NCBI GenBank assembly: GCA_000004985.1
Contig: GG738875.1
Source: Naegleria gruberi
Taxonomy: Eukaryota
Reading direction: 5' to 3' (one strand)
Length of the DNA stretch: 64,000 nt
Shown here: positions 44,313 to 55,136 of the stretch, in pieces
Layout: the number at the start of each line of letters is the position of its first letter
Numbering within the stretch: the first letter of the stretch is position 1
The notes under the pieces: generated by a model
The model's database searches: none
Seen by the model: only the letters and a program-made list of their open reading frames with translations
What the model was told of the DNA's origin: nothing
Translations under genes and position numbers: made by a program

Positions 44313-45322
44313 TCATTTTTTAAGACTATCCAAGTAGGCATAGTAATCTGAAAATTCCCAGTAAAAGTAATCTCCACCATCTAGGAATGACGTATCAGAG
44401 TTTATGCTCAACTTCCAACTATCCTCTTCTAAATCAACCTTACTCAATCCACAAATTCCAGCCTTTACATTATGTCTATCTGCTTCTGGAAGAATTACTT
44501 CAATTTCTTTAATGACACTTGCTGCATGTGAAACTAGTAACACAAGAGTATTTTCATCACTCTCATCTTTTACAAAATTCCAAACATTATCCATAGCAAC
44601 CTTTGCTCGTTGTTCCAAATCCTCAACTGTTTCAATTGGTTTTTCATCTAGAAAATATTTAAAAGGATTACCATCTTTTGAAATGTAGGTGGTTTCGAAT
44701 TGTTTTCCTGTTATATATTCTCCTTGTTGAGAAATATTATTAGCTCTCGAAAATAATTCTTTAAATTGAGTTGAACTGGTTATTTCTTCCAAAGGTTGAG
44801 GTATATTCTCAATAGTAAATGACTTTTTCTCTCCAAACCATTCAGAAATTCCATATTCAACATATAGTTCATATTCTGCCTCCTTTTGAAAATCTCCATG
44901 ATTAGTATGTATTTCATTAACTCCTTTCAAAATGTATTGTGTAGTTTCCAAACATCTTCTATAAGGTGATGTAAATACTATTAATCTCTTCACTCCTCCA
45001 TTCAATTGATTATCCTTTCCAATATTAGCATTATCACAACAAGTCGATAATGATTCATTGTTTTTAATCAAAAAATTACAAGCCAAATGCTTTCCGAGTC
45101 TGAAAGCCAAATCAAATCCTCTACTTGATAATGATGGATTATGTAATGTATTTCCCTCAATTGTTATCCATTGATTAAATTCATCAGATCCTCTAATAAA
45201 ATCTATTTAAATTCATGATCAACACCATAACAACAACCATTCAATACATATTACAATAATTCCGATGATCATTAATACTATTATTATAAAATACAATCAA
45301 TACAAACCAATTCTTTCGCCAT
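44313..45322 (-). CDS. Histidine phosphatase superfamily (PGAM branch)-like protein lacking the RHG nucleophile His
   Basis: Main exon 45202..44313 carries SPYRRCLETTQYI and LVSHAASV motifs. Its N-terminal motif reads FIRGSDEFNQW where family members have RHGE. An in-frame TAA lies immediately upstream, so a short 5' exon is proposed (ATG at 45322, donor GTATTG/GTATTT, acceptor AAATAG at 45203). Confidence 0.45.
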
Positions 45323-45527
45323 GTCTTGTAATGAAGAGTTGTTTCATTTTTTTCAATCAATATTATGGCTACACTGCATTGAAATGAAATACATTATGAA
45401 ATTGAACTGTTTTAATGCATTGGATAATGATGAGAATAAATTATGAACAACAATAGTAGAAAAGGGATCATTGTGAAACAAATAGTAGCAATATATAGTA
45501 GAAAAAACAAAATGGTTCAACATTTCT

Positions 45528-46727
45528 TTAATCAGCAGTAAAGACACAAATTTTACCATCCTCACCTGCAGTCATTAATGTAGTTGGATTTAAAACCTTA
45601 ACAGTTCTAATCAAGGAATCTTGAGAGTGACCACCTTTCATGACAGCAATCAATTCTTGACTCTTCAAAGAATCAGTCATCTTGAAAACATAGACAGCAC
45701 CCAATGAGCTAGCATGTAGCATGACACTATCATCACCAACAGAACCAGTTACTTCAATGAATGATAAATTATCTTGAGCATTCATATCCAAAAGTTCAGT
45801 ATAAGTTTGACTATATTGTCTAAAGTTGTGCCATTCCTCTTCACGTTTCATTACTCTATAATCAGCATATTCATCTTCTGTAGCATCATAAAGCCAAAAG
45901 TGAAGGTGATTAGTACTAGAGAGAGCATATAAACAATTGGTTGTTCCCAAAAATCCAAATCTTTCAACAGAATCCTCAATATTCAAGACACCATCAAGTG
46001 AATCTTCCAATTCTTCATAAACTTGTTTTTGATTAGACTCGGAAATATCATAAATATGTATCAGACCATCATCAGCACAAGAGTACAACATGTTATTGGA
46101 ACCAAATGAAACTTGATTAATGCAATCACTGTGAATTTCTTCCATCATTAAATAGGAAGACAATGGTGGATTCTTACGTAAATCACCAACAGCAATTGAA
46201 CCAGCTTGTGTGGTAGAACCACTTCCGACAGCATACAAGTGTCCATTACCAAAGGAAAGATCAATGGAATTTAATTGTGGAGCAAGTGGAGTAAATTGGA
46301 AAGATTGTGTACTCACACAACAAGATTGATCAGGCAATCTCAAATCCCACAAACGAACAGAGGAATCATGAGAGCAGGAAATTAACATATTTTCATTGGT
46401 TTTAGAGAAGGAAAGTCCACTGATTTGATTGCTGTGTCCCTTCAGGGTTCTGGTGTGAAGAATTTGTGGTGCTTGAATTTCATGAATTAAAATATCCGAA
46501 TTGGAGTGAGTAAAACTAAATGTTTTAAATCCTGTAAGAGGTGAAAATTGAATGTTGTAAATGTAGGTTGGTGTTTGGAATGGAGAGAGGTTGATTCTCA
46601 AATTGAGAGCAGGTGGAGAGGCATCTGTTGGTTGTTGTGTTGAGAGCATTTTTTTAAAACTGGGCAACTTTTTGTAAGCTTCAACAATATTAGAGAAGAT
46701 TGGTTCCGATTTTCTATCTGTCTCCAA
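45528..46727 (-). CDS. WD40-repeat protein
   Basis: 399-codon ORF (track start is TTG; first ATG 26 codons in). Canonical WD repeats, e.g. LKGHSNQISGLSFS...SCSHDSSVRLWDL. Confidence 0.6.
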   Translation of the reverse strand: METDRKSEPIFSNIVEAYKKLPSFKKMLSTQQPTDASPPALNLRINLSPFQTPTYIYNIQFSPLTGFKTFSFTHSNSDILIHEIQAPQILHTRTLKGHSNQISGLSFSKTNENMLISCSHDSSVRLWDLRLPDQSCCVSTQSFQFTPLAPQLNSIDLSFGNGHLYAVGSGSTTQAGSIAVGDLRKNPPLSSYLMMEEIHSDCINQVSFGSNNMLYSCADDGLIHIYDISESNQKQVYEELEDSLDGVLNIEDSVERFGFLGTTNCLYALSSTNHLHFWLYDATEDEYADYRVMKREEEWHNFRQYSQTYTELLDMNAQDNLSFIEVTGSVGDDSVMLHASSLGAVYVFKMTDSLKSQELIAVMKGGHSQDSLIRTVKVLNPTTLMTAGEDGKICVFTAD

Positions 46728-46878
46728 TGCAATTGATATTAGCTTGCAGAATTTCTATTACCTATGTATCCATTAACAACTAAAATCTTGACATAATCTT
46801 GTAAGTGTGGTATTTGAAGAAAAAGAATAAATATTATTTTTTAGAATTTTATATTTTAATGTAAAAATGGAGGGCAAT

Positions 46879-47211
46879 TTACTTCTTTTCAGCTTGCTTG
46901 GTTTGTTCAGCAATTCTTTCTTGTTGTCTCTTTCTGATTCTTCTCTTGAGATCTTCAATAGCTCTGATCTTTTTCTTGGCACGAGTAAGATCACCGAGTC
47001 TTCTCTTGGCGAATCTCAAAGCTCTCTTTTCAGAAACTTCAACGAGATCGACGAGTCTAGCTTCGTATGGGGCAACACCGATGGCTTCTTCGACGATATC
47101 CTTGACAACTCTGTGCTTGGATGGCTTTTGGGTCTTGGTGACCTTAGCTCTCTTGGTGGTTGGGAAACCCTTTCTACCAATTCTACCAACGGAAATTCCT
47201 GTAGCGACCAT
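46879..47211 (-). CDS. rpl36: 60S ribosomal protein eL36
   Basis: 110-codon ORF, ATG at 47211, TAA at 46879-46881. MVATGISVGRIGRKGF...VKDIVEEAIGVAPYEARLVDLVEVSEKRALRFAKRRLG matches eL36. Confidence 0.9.
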   Translation of the reverse strand: MVATGISVGRIGRKGFPTTKRAKVTKTQKPSKHRVVKDIVEEAIGVAPYEARLVDLVEVSEKRALRFAKRRLGDLTRAKKKIRAIEDLKRRIRKRQQERIAEQTKQAEKK

Positions 47212-47855
47212 TATATGATGTATTTTTTTTCAACAAAACTTTTTAAATTTTTGCGGTTAACCACCAAGTCTAGAGTTTACAACCAATATTTTTACATGCT
47301 AAATTTTGCTCTCACAACAAGAAAAGAATGGTGTGAGCGGATATCATCTGGTGGCTTCGTTCGCTTGCTGAAAAAGCTCATCAATTATTGGCACTCTTCG
47401 CCTTGTCTTTAATAATACGGAAAGAATTCATCTCCTGATAGTGAATTAACTCGAAAATTACTACTAACTCAATTCAAGAAGATCGATCAATGAGAGTCAA
47501 ATGTACAATAATAATTCATGCTAAGAAGCTTCTTCAATGAGCAAGAAGTTATATTATCGTGATGTTATCATGTACATCATTTATTATAATAACGTACAAC
47601 AATATTACACAATTCTCACTTTCATCAACATCAACACCATCAATGGTTTCTTCTCATCATCACCACACAATAACAACGAATACTTTCCGCATCATCATTA
47701 ATAATCCTCCTCCGACATGCTTAATTCCTTCCTCGTGTGTCGATACACAAACGGTCTTTAGAATAATAATAACCATCACATCTATTATTGTGTAGGCGCA
47801 TAATTTAGAAAAAAACAAATTAATTCTTTCCCTTCAGCATTATCAAAACATCACA

Positions 47856-48968
47856 ATGACATTGGTTGAAGCTGTTCATCTTGACAATCATGGAGAAAAT
47901 AATAGTATTATGAATACGATTAGTTATCATACTATTGATGCAATATTTGGACTGTATGGTTCTAATAATTCTTTCAGATATACTGTTCATCCTCATAATA
48001 CCTCTTCTCCACCTCATAACTTTCCTCTCATTATGGGAAGTGAGGAGCCAGCACCATTTAGAAGAGTTAATTGGTCTATTCATGATACTATTACCATGTT
48101 AACAATGGCCATTGTTATATTCATGACAAGGAAAATATTATATGAGAAAGTCCTCAATCCAATGATGAGAAATAACAGATTTAATGTTATTGCACCACTT
48201 ACTAGAGCCAGATTCAAGGAGAATGTTTGGTTCTTTTCCTACTACTTGTTTGCAACAATTCTAGGTTATTCAATTTTGAGTGAAACCTCATGGTTTAATA
48301 ATGCATCATTTTGTGTGTTGGAGTATCCACATGGTCATACTGGATACGAAACACCTTACTTTAGATATTACATGTTGATGGGATGTGCTTTTTATGTGCA
48401 AGCTCTCTTTACTTTACTGTTTGTGGATGAAAAATTGTCAGACTTTTTGGAAATGGTAGTACATCACATTGCAACAATCATGTTAATTTCCTTCTGTTTA
48501 ACTTCTAGTCATCATCGTGTTGGAAGTATAGTATTGATTTTACATGATTTTGTAGATATTTTCCTCTATGGAGCTAAAGCTTTCCATCACTTGAAAAACG
48601 AAACCATGTCAACAGTTCTCTTTATTGCCTTTACACTTGCCTTCTTTTGCATGAGATTGGTTCTCTTACCTTACATTATTTATTTGGCAGCTGCCAATTT
48701 TCATGGATGGGACGATCCTTCAAGATATTACATTTTCCGATATGTTTCAGACTCTATCTTTCCAGCTGAAGTTAGTGATTATGGATGTTGTATTCTGAAA
48801 TATTGTGCAAGCACTTACTGGTTATTAATTGTATTGTTATGTTTATTGGTTTTGTTGCATGTATTTTGGTTTTATTTGGTTTTGAGAATATTGGTAAGGA
48901 CTATTAGAGGTACTACATTGGCTGACATTCGTGAGGATGATGGAGAGGGACATGAACATCAGGATTAA
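47856..48968 (+). CDS. Ceramide synthase (TLC / Lag1 domain)
   Basis: 370-codon ORF, ATG at 47856. Multi-TM. Lag1 motif HHIATIMLISFCLTSSHHRVGSIVLILHDFVDIFL with the conserved HH and HD. Confidence 0.8.
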   Translation: MTLVEAVHLDNHGENNSIMNTISYHTIDAIFGLYGSNNSFRYTVHPHNTSSPPHNFPLIMGSEEPAPFRRVNWSIHDTITMLTMAIVIFMTRKILYEKVLNPMMRNNRFNVIAPLTRARFKENVWFFSYYLFATILGYSILSETSWFNNASFCVLEYPHGHTGYETPYFRYYMLMGCAFYVQALFTLLFVDEKLSDFLEMVVHHIATIMLISFCLTSSHHRVGSIVLILHDFVDIFLYGAKAFHHLKNETMSTVLFIAFTLAFFCMRLVLLPYIIYLAAANFHGWDDPSRYYIFRYVSDSIFPAEVSDYGCCILKYCASTYWLLIVLLCLLVLLHVFWFYLVLRILVRTIRGTTLADIREDDGEGHEHQD

Positions 48969-49080
48969 ATGGATTTTGTTCATTAAAATTCATTGTTTAT
49001 TAATCCCAACTCCTCTTCGCACATTTAACAAAATGGCAGAAACCCTGTTGACTTTACCTTCTTTAGATTAGAGAATGTAA

Positions 49081-49161
49081 GTTGAGGTGGCCGAGTGGTT
49101 AAGGCGCCAGCCTGCTAAGTTGGTGGAGTAATCCGCGTGGGTTCGAATCCCATCCTCAACG
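49081..49161 (+). tRNA. tRNA-Ser (anticodon GCU)
   Basis: GTTGAGGTGGCCGAGTGGTTAAGGCGCCAGCCTGCTAAGTTGGTGGAGTAATCCGCGTGGGTTCGAATCCCATCCTCAACG. Long variable arm, anticodon loop CTGCTAA, G73 discriminator. Confidence 0.85.
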
Positions 49162-49165
49162 TTTT
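49162..49165 (+). terminator. Pol III T-run terminator downstream of tRNA-Ser
   Basis: TTTT immediately 3' of the tRNA. Confidence 0.6.
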
Positions 49166-49467
49166 CTTCTAGTAACTTTTTTTGAAAATTCACAATATAA
49201 AGGACATTCATCATTCTGTCTGTAAATTTAATTATTAAAAAATATACATTCAAACTGATCAACTAGTTCATCTTACTTGATATGTTTATCATGATAAACA
49301 CATGTTGCATGGTGGAGAGAAGGTCTTTAAGGGTGTGAAGTATATTATGAGATCAGATATAATGTATTCGAAACGTGAAGAATTAAAATACTAATTTCTT
49401 CTCTTGAATAATGATAAACTTGACAAACTATTCGAATCATAGTATTGAATATTCCAATAAAACTAAT

Positions 49468-50025
49468 TTACTTTCTATTCTTTTTACAATAAACTGGAAT
49501 ATCAAACAAATTCTTATTTTGATTTCCTGCCTTAAAAGTTCCAGAAATGAAATTCCACACAAAAAAGTCACTTTCATTAACCTTAACAGGAGTTCCATCA
49601 GTTTCATCTTCCCAATAAGTAGAAGTCAATCTCTTCCACACTCTACAATTAACTCCATTTACAACTTGATTTCCAGCAAATGTTGCATTTTGTAACCAAT
49701 TATATGGAAGTGGATTGAAACCCAACTCAACAACATTGCACGTATTATTATGTGGATAGAATGAATATTGAGTGAAACCTGCATGGATTTGGATGAGTAA
49801 TGGTTCGTTGAAGAATTGGATTTCAATTCTTTCGGCTTTTAATTGATAGGAATTGAAGATACGATAGGTGGCAAGTTTGGAAGGATTGGTATCGACAAAA
49901 CCACCTGAATTTTGATAGGCAAGGGTTGACCATTCGTATGGCCAAATTGGTCCTGTTTGGAAAGATGATGAAATAAACAAGACGAAAGTTAAACTAAAGA
50001 GAAGGAATGTGACGAGTTTGATCAT
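49468..50025 (-). CDS. Secreted hypothetical protein (~185 aa)
   Basis: ATG at 50025 (MIKLVTFLLFSLTFVLFISSSFQTG signal peptide). Trp/Tyr-rich mature region. No family assigned. Confidence 0.5.
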   Translation of the reverse strand: MIKLVTFLLFSLTFVLFISSSFQTGPIWPYEWSTLAYQNSGGFVDTNPSKLATYRIFNSYQLKAERIEIQFFNEPLLIQIHAGFTQYSFYPHNNTCNVVELGFNPLPYNWLQNATFAGNQVVNGVNCRVWKRLTSTYWEDETDGTPVKVNESDFFVWNFISGTFKAGNQNKNLFDIPVYCKKNRK

Positions 50026-50564
50026 GGTGTTTGCTATTTTTTTTTTGAATCTTGTTTTGTTTGATTCGCGTGTTAATTGATAACGAATCATGGTTGATAC
50101 GGAGATAATACGGGCGGTCTTTGGAGTTGATTGATGCTCAACTTCGGAGATGATAATGAAAATTCCAAAGACAAATTCACTGTTTCTGCAATGTAGCTCA
50201 ACAACATTTATTACAACAGAAAAGATGACAATATGATATTATGCCACGTTTTGAGAATCAATAGTTAGATTGATTACACTAGATTACACAATTTCATTTT
50301 TTTATTTTTATATGACACTTCAAATTGATGTAATGTTTTTGATGCAATATTTTTGAAATACACGCACTGAAAACCTTCAATTCATTGTTGCATTTTCAAT
50401 ATACATGTGAAACAAATAGTTCAATGTGTAAATACCCAACTTGTTTTTTTTGGAAATTCACTTTATTCATTTTGTTTCTTTTGTGAAATGCTGTATTTTC
50501 GGTTTGTCCGTTCCAATATAAAAGGATCAAAGTTTTTGACTCAATCTAAACAACACTAAAGAAA

Positions 50565-51044
50565 ATGATGCAAGGTATTAAAAATTTGATATCATCTTCA
50601 AGCAGTAGTTCAAGCTCCTCACCTCCTCCAGCAGGAATGCACCAAGCAGAGCAAAACATTAGCGACCTTCATTCCACTTACAATGCCAATGTTCAATCTG
50701 TACAAAGTGGATCACGACCTGGTCATAGTAGTAGTGGCAGCAGTGCACCTTTTGATCACCATGCTGTTGAAGTTACCGCTAACGGCAGAACCTTCCAAGT
50801 AGAGAAAGGCCCTGGTTATGGAACAGAAGGTGGTGATACCATTGTAAAATCGTCCAATATGCAAAATCCAAACTCTGGATGGAAAATGGAGGGTGAAAAG
50901 CAATCAGTTCAGGGAGCAAATGTTGGAGATTTTGTTAAGGCAGGAGGAACTGACTATAAACTTCCAGGAGATACCTGTATTCAAGCTAAGGATAGAATGA
51001 TGAATGTTGGTAAAGAAGATACAACTAGTAGTGACGCCAAGTAA
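50565..51044 (+). CDS. Hypothetical S/G-rich small protein
   Basis: 159-codon ORF, ATG at 50565, TAA at 51042-51044. Confidence 0.4.
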   Translation: MMQGIKNLISSSSSSSSSSPPPAGMHQAEQNISDLHSTYNANVQSVQSGSRPGHSSSGSSAPFDHHAVEVTANGRTFQVEKGPGYGTEGGDTIVKSSNMQNPNSGWKMEGEKQSVQGANVGDFVKAGGTDYKLPGDTCIQAKDRMMNVGKEDTTSSDAK

Positions 51045-51387
51045 TCTCAATATATATCCTCAATAAATCTATATATATGTAAAACAATCAATATTATTTG
51101 ATTTGTAATAAACACAAATCTATAACATGATTACTGGTGTAATATCATGATCATGATTCTGTCTTTTGTGGTGGAAGTGTTTGCAGTTTCCCTCATTGAC
51201 ACAATTATTCAAAAAAGTGGATGAAAAAAGACCAGATTATTTCACCTTGAAGAATTCCAAGTTTGAATTGTCCAAATTAAGACAAATTTACAGCAAAATT
51301 CCTTTGCCTTAAACAATTTTAACAACAAGGAAATTAAAATTCCTCATCTTTATCAACTCGGGTTAAAAAAACAACAGAAAACAACAT

Positions 51388-52824
51388 ATGGTCAAGACAT
51401 TGCTCTCTGCTGCTGCTTGTGTTTTGTTCTTCATCACTACGACTGCTTGCATGGTTAGTGCCATTGCACTTCCTTCTATCCCAGTCAGCACACGAATTTA
51501 TATTGGTAAGTATATAGAGAAAAGGATATATAATATATTACTAACTAATTTATTCAATGTCATCATCATGATCATCATTAAATTTGTGTCATGATTGTTT
51601 GCACCAGGTGGTTCTTTCACTACCTTGAACGATACAAGATATAATAATGTTGCCTACTATGATTTGAAGGAAAAATCCTTTAAGGCCATGGAAAATGGTA
51701 CTAATGATGAAGTTAAGGTTCTTACTACTGATTCATATGGTAATGTTTATATTGGTGGTGCTTTCACTCAATTGGGAACCAAAAAGAGTGGTCCACTTGC
51801 TGTCTGGAATGTTTATCACTCTAAATGGGTTGATACTGGTCTTTCTTCATCAGATTTCACTCCTGGATCTGTGGTTACTGCCATCAGTACTGAATGTACA
51901 AACTCATATGATTTTGATTCGACACAAGGTCTTTTTCCTTGTGATATTTATATTGCTGGTAATTTCAAAGCTTCTGTCTCTGGTAGTAATGCAACAAACA
52001 TCTTGTACTATCACCACAAGAATAAGAAATGGGAAACACAAGCAACCTTGAATGCAACCTATATAACAGTTATTTCCAAGGTTGTCAATAACAATATGGT
52101 ATTTTATGGTGGTAAATTCCATGATGCCAATGGTAAAGAGTATGGTCTTGCCATGTATGACACTTCAAGTAGTTCGTGGATTATGATTGATGGTGTCAGT
52201 GGTGTTACTGATATCTATTATAATTCACATATTTACAGCTCAGATAACATGTTTATTTCTGCTTCTATTTTCGCTTATTCTCAATGTAAGGGTATATGTA
52301 ACTTCAATCTAAGGGATGGATCTTGGACAACACGTTCTGGTATTATTTCCACAGGTTCAGTTAACAAGATTAGATACATTAATGGTTTGTCTGCCTCAAA
52401 TGTTGGTTCAATATTTGTTGGTGGAAGTTTCATGAGTGAATCCTCTGTTGGGAGACGTGATGGAACTGGCGAGTACAGTGCCATTAGTACTAACTATCCT
52501 AAAGAAACTGTTCTAGGTATGGATATTTGTGGTTTGAAAGCTTATGACGTTACTGGTTGCAAAGGTGGATCAGTAGCTGTTGTTGGACAAAACTTCTTCA
52601 AGTTCTATGATGCTAATGATAACATGTGGAAGTCTCTCCTTTCTGAAAATGGGTTCGTATTGAACAGTATTAGTATTACCAATATTCCAGAAATGCCAAT
52701 ACCTTCACCAATACCCTCACCATTTCCAAGCAGTGTACAAGCTAAAATAAGCTCAAGTGAATGCAATAGTTTTAAGGTTCTTTTATTCATTACATTCCTT
52801 TTCATTTTTCATTTAATAAATTAA
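51388..52824 (+). CDS. Cell-surface kelch-type beta-propeller protein, probably GPI-anchored
   Basis: Exon 1 51388..51505 (signal peptide). Intron 51506..51607 (GTAAGT...CACCAG, 102 nt). Exon 2 51608..52824. Repeated YIGGAF / VFYGGKF / IFVGGSF blade motifs. C-terminal SSSECNS followed by hydrophobic FKVLLFITFLFIFHLIN. Confidence 0.6.
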
Positions 52825-53059
52825 ACCTATTCGACAAAGTTGCTGCCTCATGAACAATTCCAAATCAATACAAGATGAATAATGATGAATTGATTCGATT
52901 ATTGTGTACTTATTGTTTAAATTGTGGAATTATAAGGATCCATTCCCAAAAGAATTGGAAATGATTACAATGTAGTAATTGAAAAATCCTATTTCAATGA
53001 AGAGTGGTTGCACTTTCTCATATAATATATCAAATGATTACAATTTATCAAAAATTGGA

Positions 53060-54697
53060 TTAACATTTATTTAAAAAGTTGGCCAAAGTACCACGAAGAG
53101 CATTATTTGTTCGTGAATTTCCGTGCATCTGTCTCCACACACTGAGAGAGGCTGGAGCAGACTTGTCAACTTCAACTCTTTGAGGAATGGCCAATTGTTG
53201 CTTCCATTCGGCTACTTCAACACTCTTTGGGATGGCTTTGGAAAGAGATTCAACCTGCTTCTTGAGCATTGCATTTTCTTGCATAATTCTTTGATTTTCC
53301 AATTCCTTTTGGTGGAGTAAATTTAAAAGTTCTTCTTCGCGAGATGTAGACTTTTTCAACAAGTCTTGTTCCTCAATCTTCTTTGTTTCCAAAAGTTGTT
53401 GAATAGTTTTGAATGTCTCCTTTAAACTTGTAACTTCTTCAGTTCTTGCTTGGACAATCTTTTCCAAATCTGAACGCAATGAGAGTTCAGTTTGAAGAGC
53501 TGTTTGTTGTTCCTTTTGCACCAATTCTAATTTTGTTGCAAAATCCAATTCCTTTTCATTCAAAATACGTTTCCATGAAATTTCATCATGGTCATGTTGC
53601 TCCTTCAATTGGGTCTTCATTGATTCAATAATTGCCTCAAATTCAGCACTCTTCTTTTCCAATGATTGACGAAGTGGAGTAATTACACTAACTTCAATTT
53701 GATCCAATTCTTCTCTTGTCTTCTTCATTTTGGCCTTGAAGTGTTGAGTTCTATCAATCAAAATATCAATCTTCTTGGTGGAAGAAGTCTTGGATTCTTC
53801 CAATTGCTTTTCAAAATTGGTCTTTAATGAGACCAATTCTTCTTGAAGCTTGGAAAGCTGTTCCAATGCTGCATTGTGTTCTTCAGTCAAGGTTTGAACA
53901 CGTTTTTTCAACTTTTGATTGGACTTTTTCAATTTGACATTCGAAGTCTTGGCTTGATATTCCTCTTCTTCATCCAAAGAAGCAAGTTTAGCTTTTTGTG
54001 CACTCTGATAAGCTTCACTGCTACAATCATCAGAGGATGTAGATGAAGCCAAAGAGAGTGAGCTTCTTGGTGAGGTTAATGTTGTACTGTATTTTGAACG
54101 TGCAGAGAGGAGAATTACAGTAGCTCTATCTTCCAACTCCTCACAATCACTGAATACTTCTTGATCGGAGTTGTGTTTTCCTTTAAGGTCCTTAGGAGTG
54201 GAAGGAGATTTTTCAAGGGCAATTTGAGGAACAGCTGTTTCCTTAGTTTGTTTCTTCTTCTTTGGTGTATTCTTAGTCTTTGTTGAGGTAGTAGTTTGTG
54301 GAGATTTAACTGTTGTTGATGCATTATTACTAGTTGTGGTGGATGAAGACATTTGCAACTTTTCCTCCAGTGAAATAAGGTGAAGACCTGTTGGCTTTTT
54401 AGCAGCAAATGATGAAGTGGATGTATTGTTGTTATTATTGGTAGTTGTAGTAGTATATTGATTATGGCTCGATGTAGTGTTATTATTAGTCTTGTTATTA
54501 GTAGATGTGGAAGTAGATTTGTTCATTGGTAAAGTCTTCTTATTATTGACTTGATTCTTCTTCTCTTGAACAAATGCTGACTTGGCAAGGGAGGAAAGAG
54601 ATGTTTCGGCAAGGAAAGAGGCAGGAATTGTAAAAACTGGCTTATTTACATTGGTAGTAGTAGTAGAATTGGATGTTGTAGAATTTGTCTTTATCAT
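53060..54697 (-). CDS. S/T/N-rich N-terminal region plus long coiled-coil protein
   Basis: 545-codon ORF, ATG at 54697. C-terminal ~300 aa has heptad-like K/E/L/Q composition. Confidence 0.55.
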   Translation of the reverse strand: MIKTNSTTSNSTTTTNVNKPVFTIPASFLAETSLSSLAKSAFVQEKKNQVNNKKTLPMNKSTSTSTNNKTNNNTTSSHNQYTTTTTNNNNNTSTSSFAAKKPTGLHLISLEEKLQMSSSTTTSNNASTTVKSPQTTTSTKTKNTPKKKKQTKETAVPQIALEKSPSTPKDLKGKHNSDQEVFSDCEELEDRATVILLSARSKYSTTLTSPRSSLSLASSTSSDDCSSEAYQSAQKAKLASLDEEEEYQAKTSNVKLKKSNQKLKKRVQTLTEEHNAALEQLSKLQEELVSLKTNFEKQLEESKTSSTKKIDILIDRTQHFKAKMKKTREELDQIEVSVITPLRQSLEKKSAEFEAIIESMKTQLKEQHDHDEISWKRILNEKELDFATKLELVQKEQQTALQTELSLRSDLEKIVQARTEEVTSLKETFKTIQQLLETKKIEEQDLLKKSTSREEELLNLLHQKELENQRIMQENAMLKKQVESLSKAIPKSVEVAEWKQQLAIPQRVEVDKSAPASLSVWRQMHGNSRTNNALRGTLANFLNKC

Positions 54698-55136
54698 TTT
54701 CTCTATTGTTATGTGTTCTAATAAATTATATATGATACAATTATATGATTATATTCGCTCGGGATACTAAGTGTTATTGGTTTGTGTACAATTAAATTCT
54801 CTAAACAAGTTTTGCTATTCGTTTGTCTTGCTGTTTTGTGTTGTTGGTCAGAGAATCCTCAGAGTTTAGGAAGGATAATGATTTGGATTGTTTTTTTAAT
54901 GAAAAATGTTGTTCAGGATTCTCATCACAAACGTTTCACTATCAATTTGATAATAAAATTATTTTTATATTTTTAAAATGTGCAACGGCTGCGATTTGTC
55001 AGCTTTCGCACATAATGATCAATTGGCGCCAAAAAAAATTCTACAGTAAAATACAAAATTTGCTTCACCCTTGTTCCTTAATAATGCTTTGATTTTTTCA
55101 TTATCATCATCACTCGAATATGTATTAATATATTAA

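Noticed and set aside
46867-47412. Long plus-strand ORFs (181, 106 aa) overlapping the eL36 gene
   Set aside because: They are antisense to a well-conserved ribosomal protein CDS and are low-complexity (L/S-rich). Spurious.
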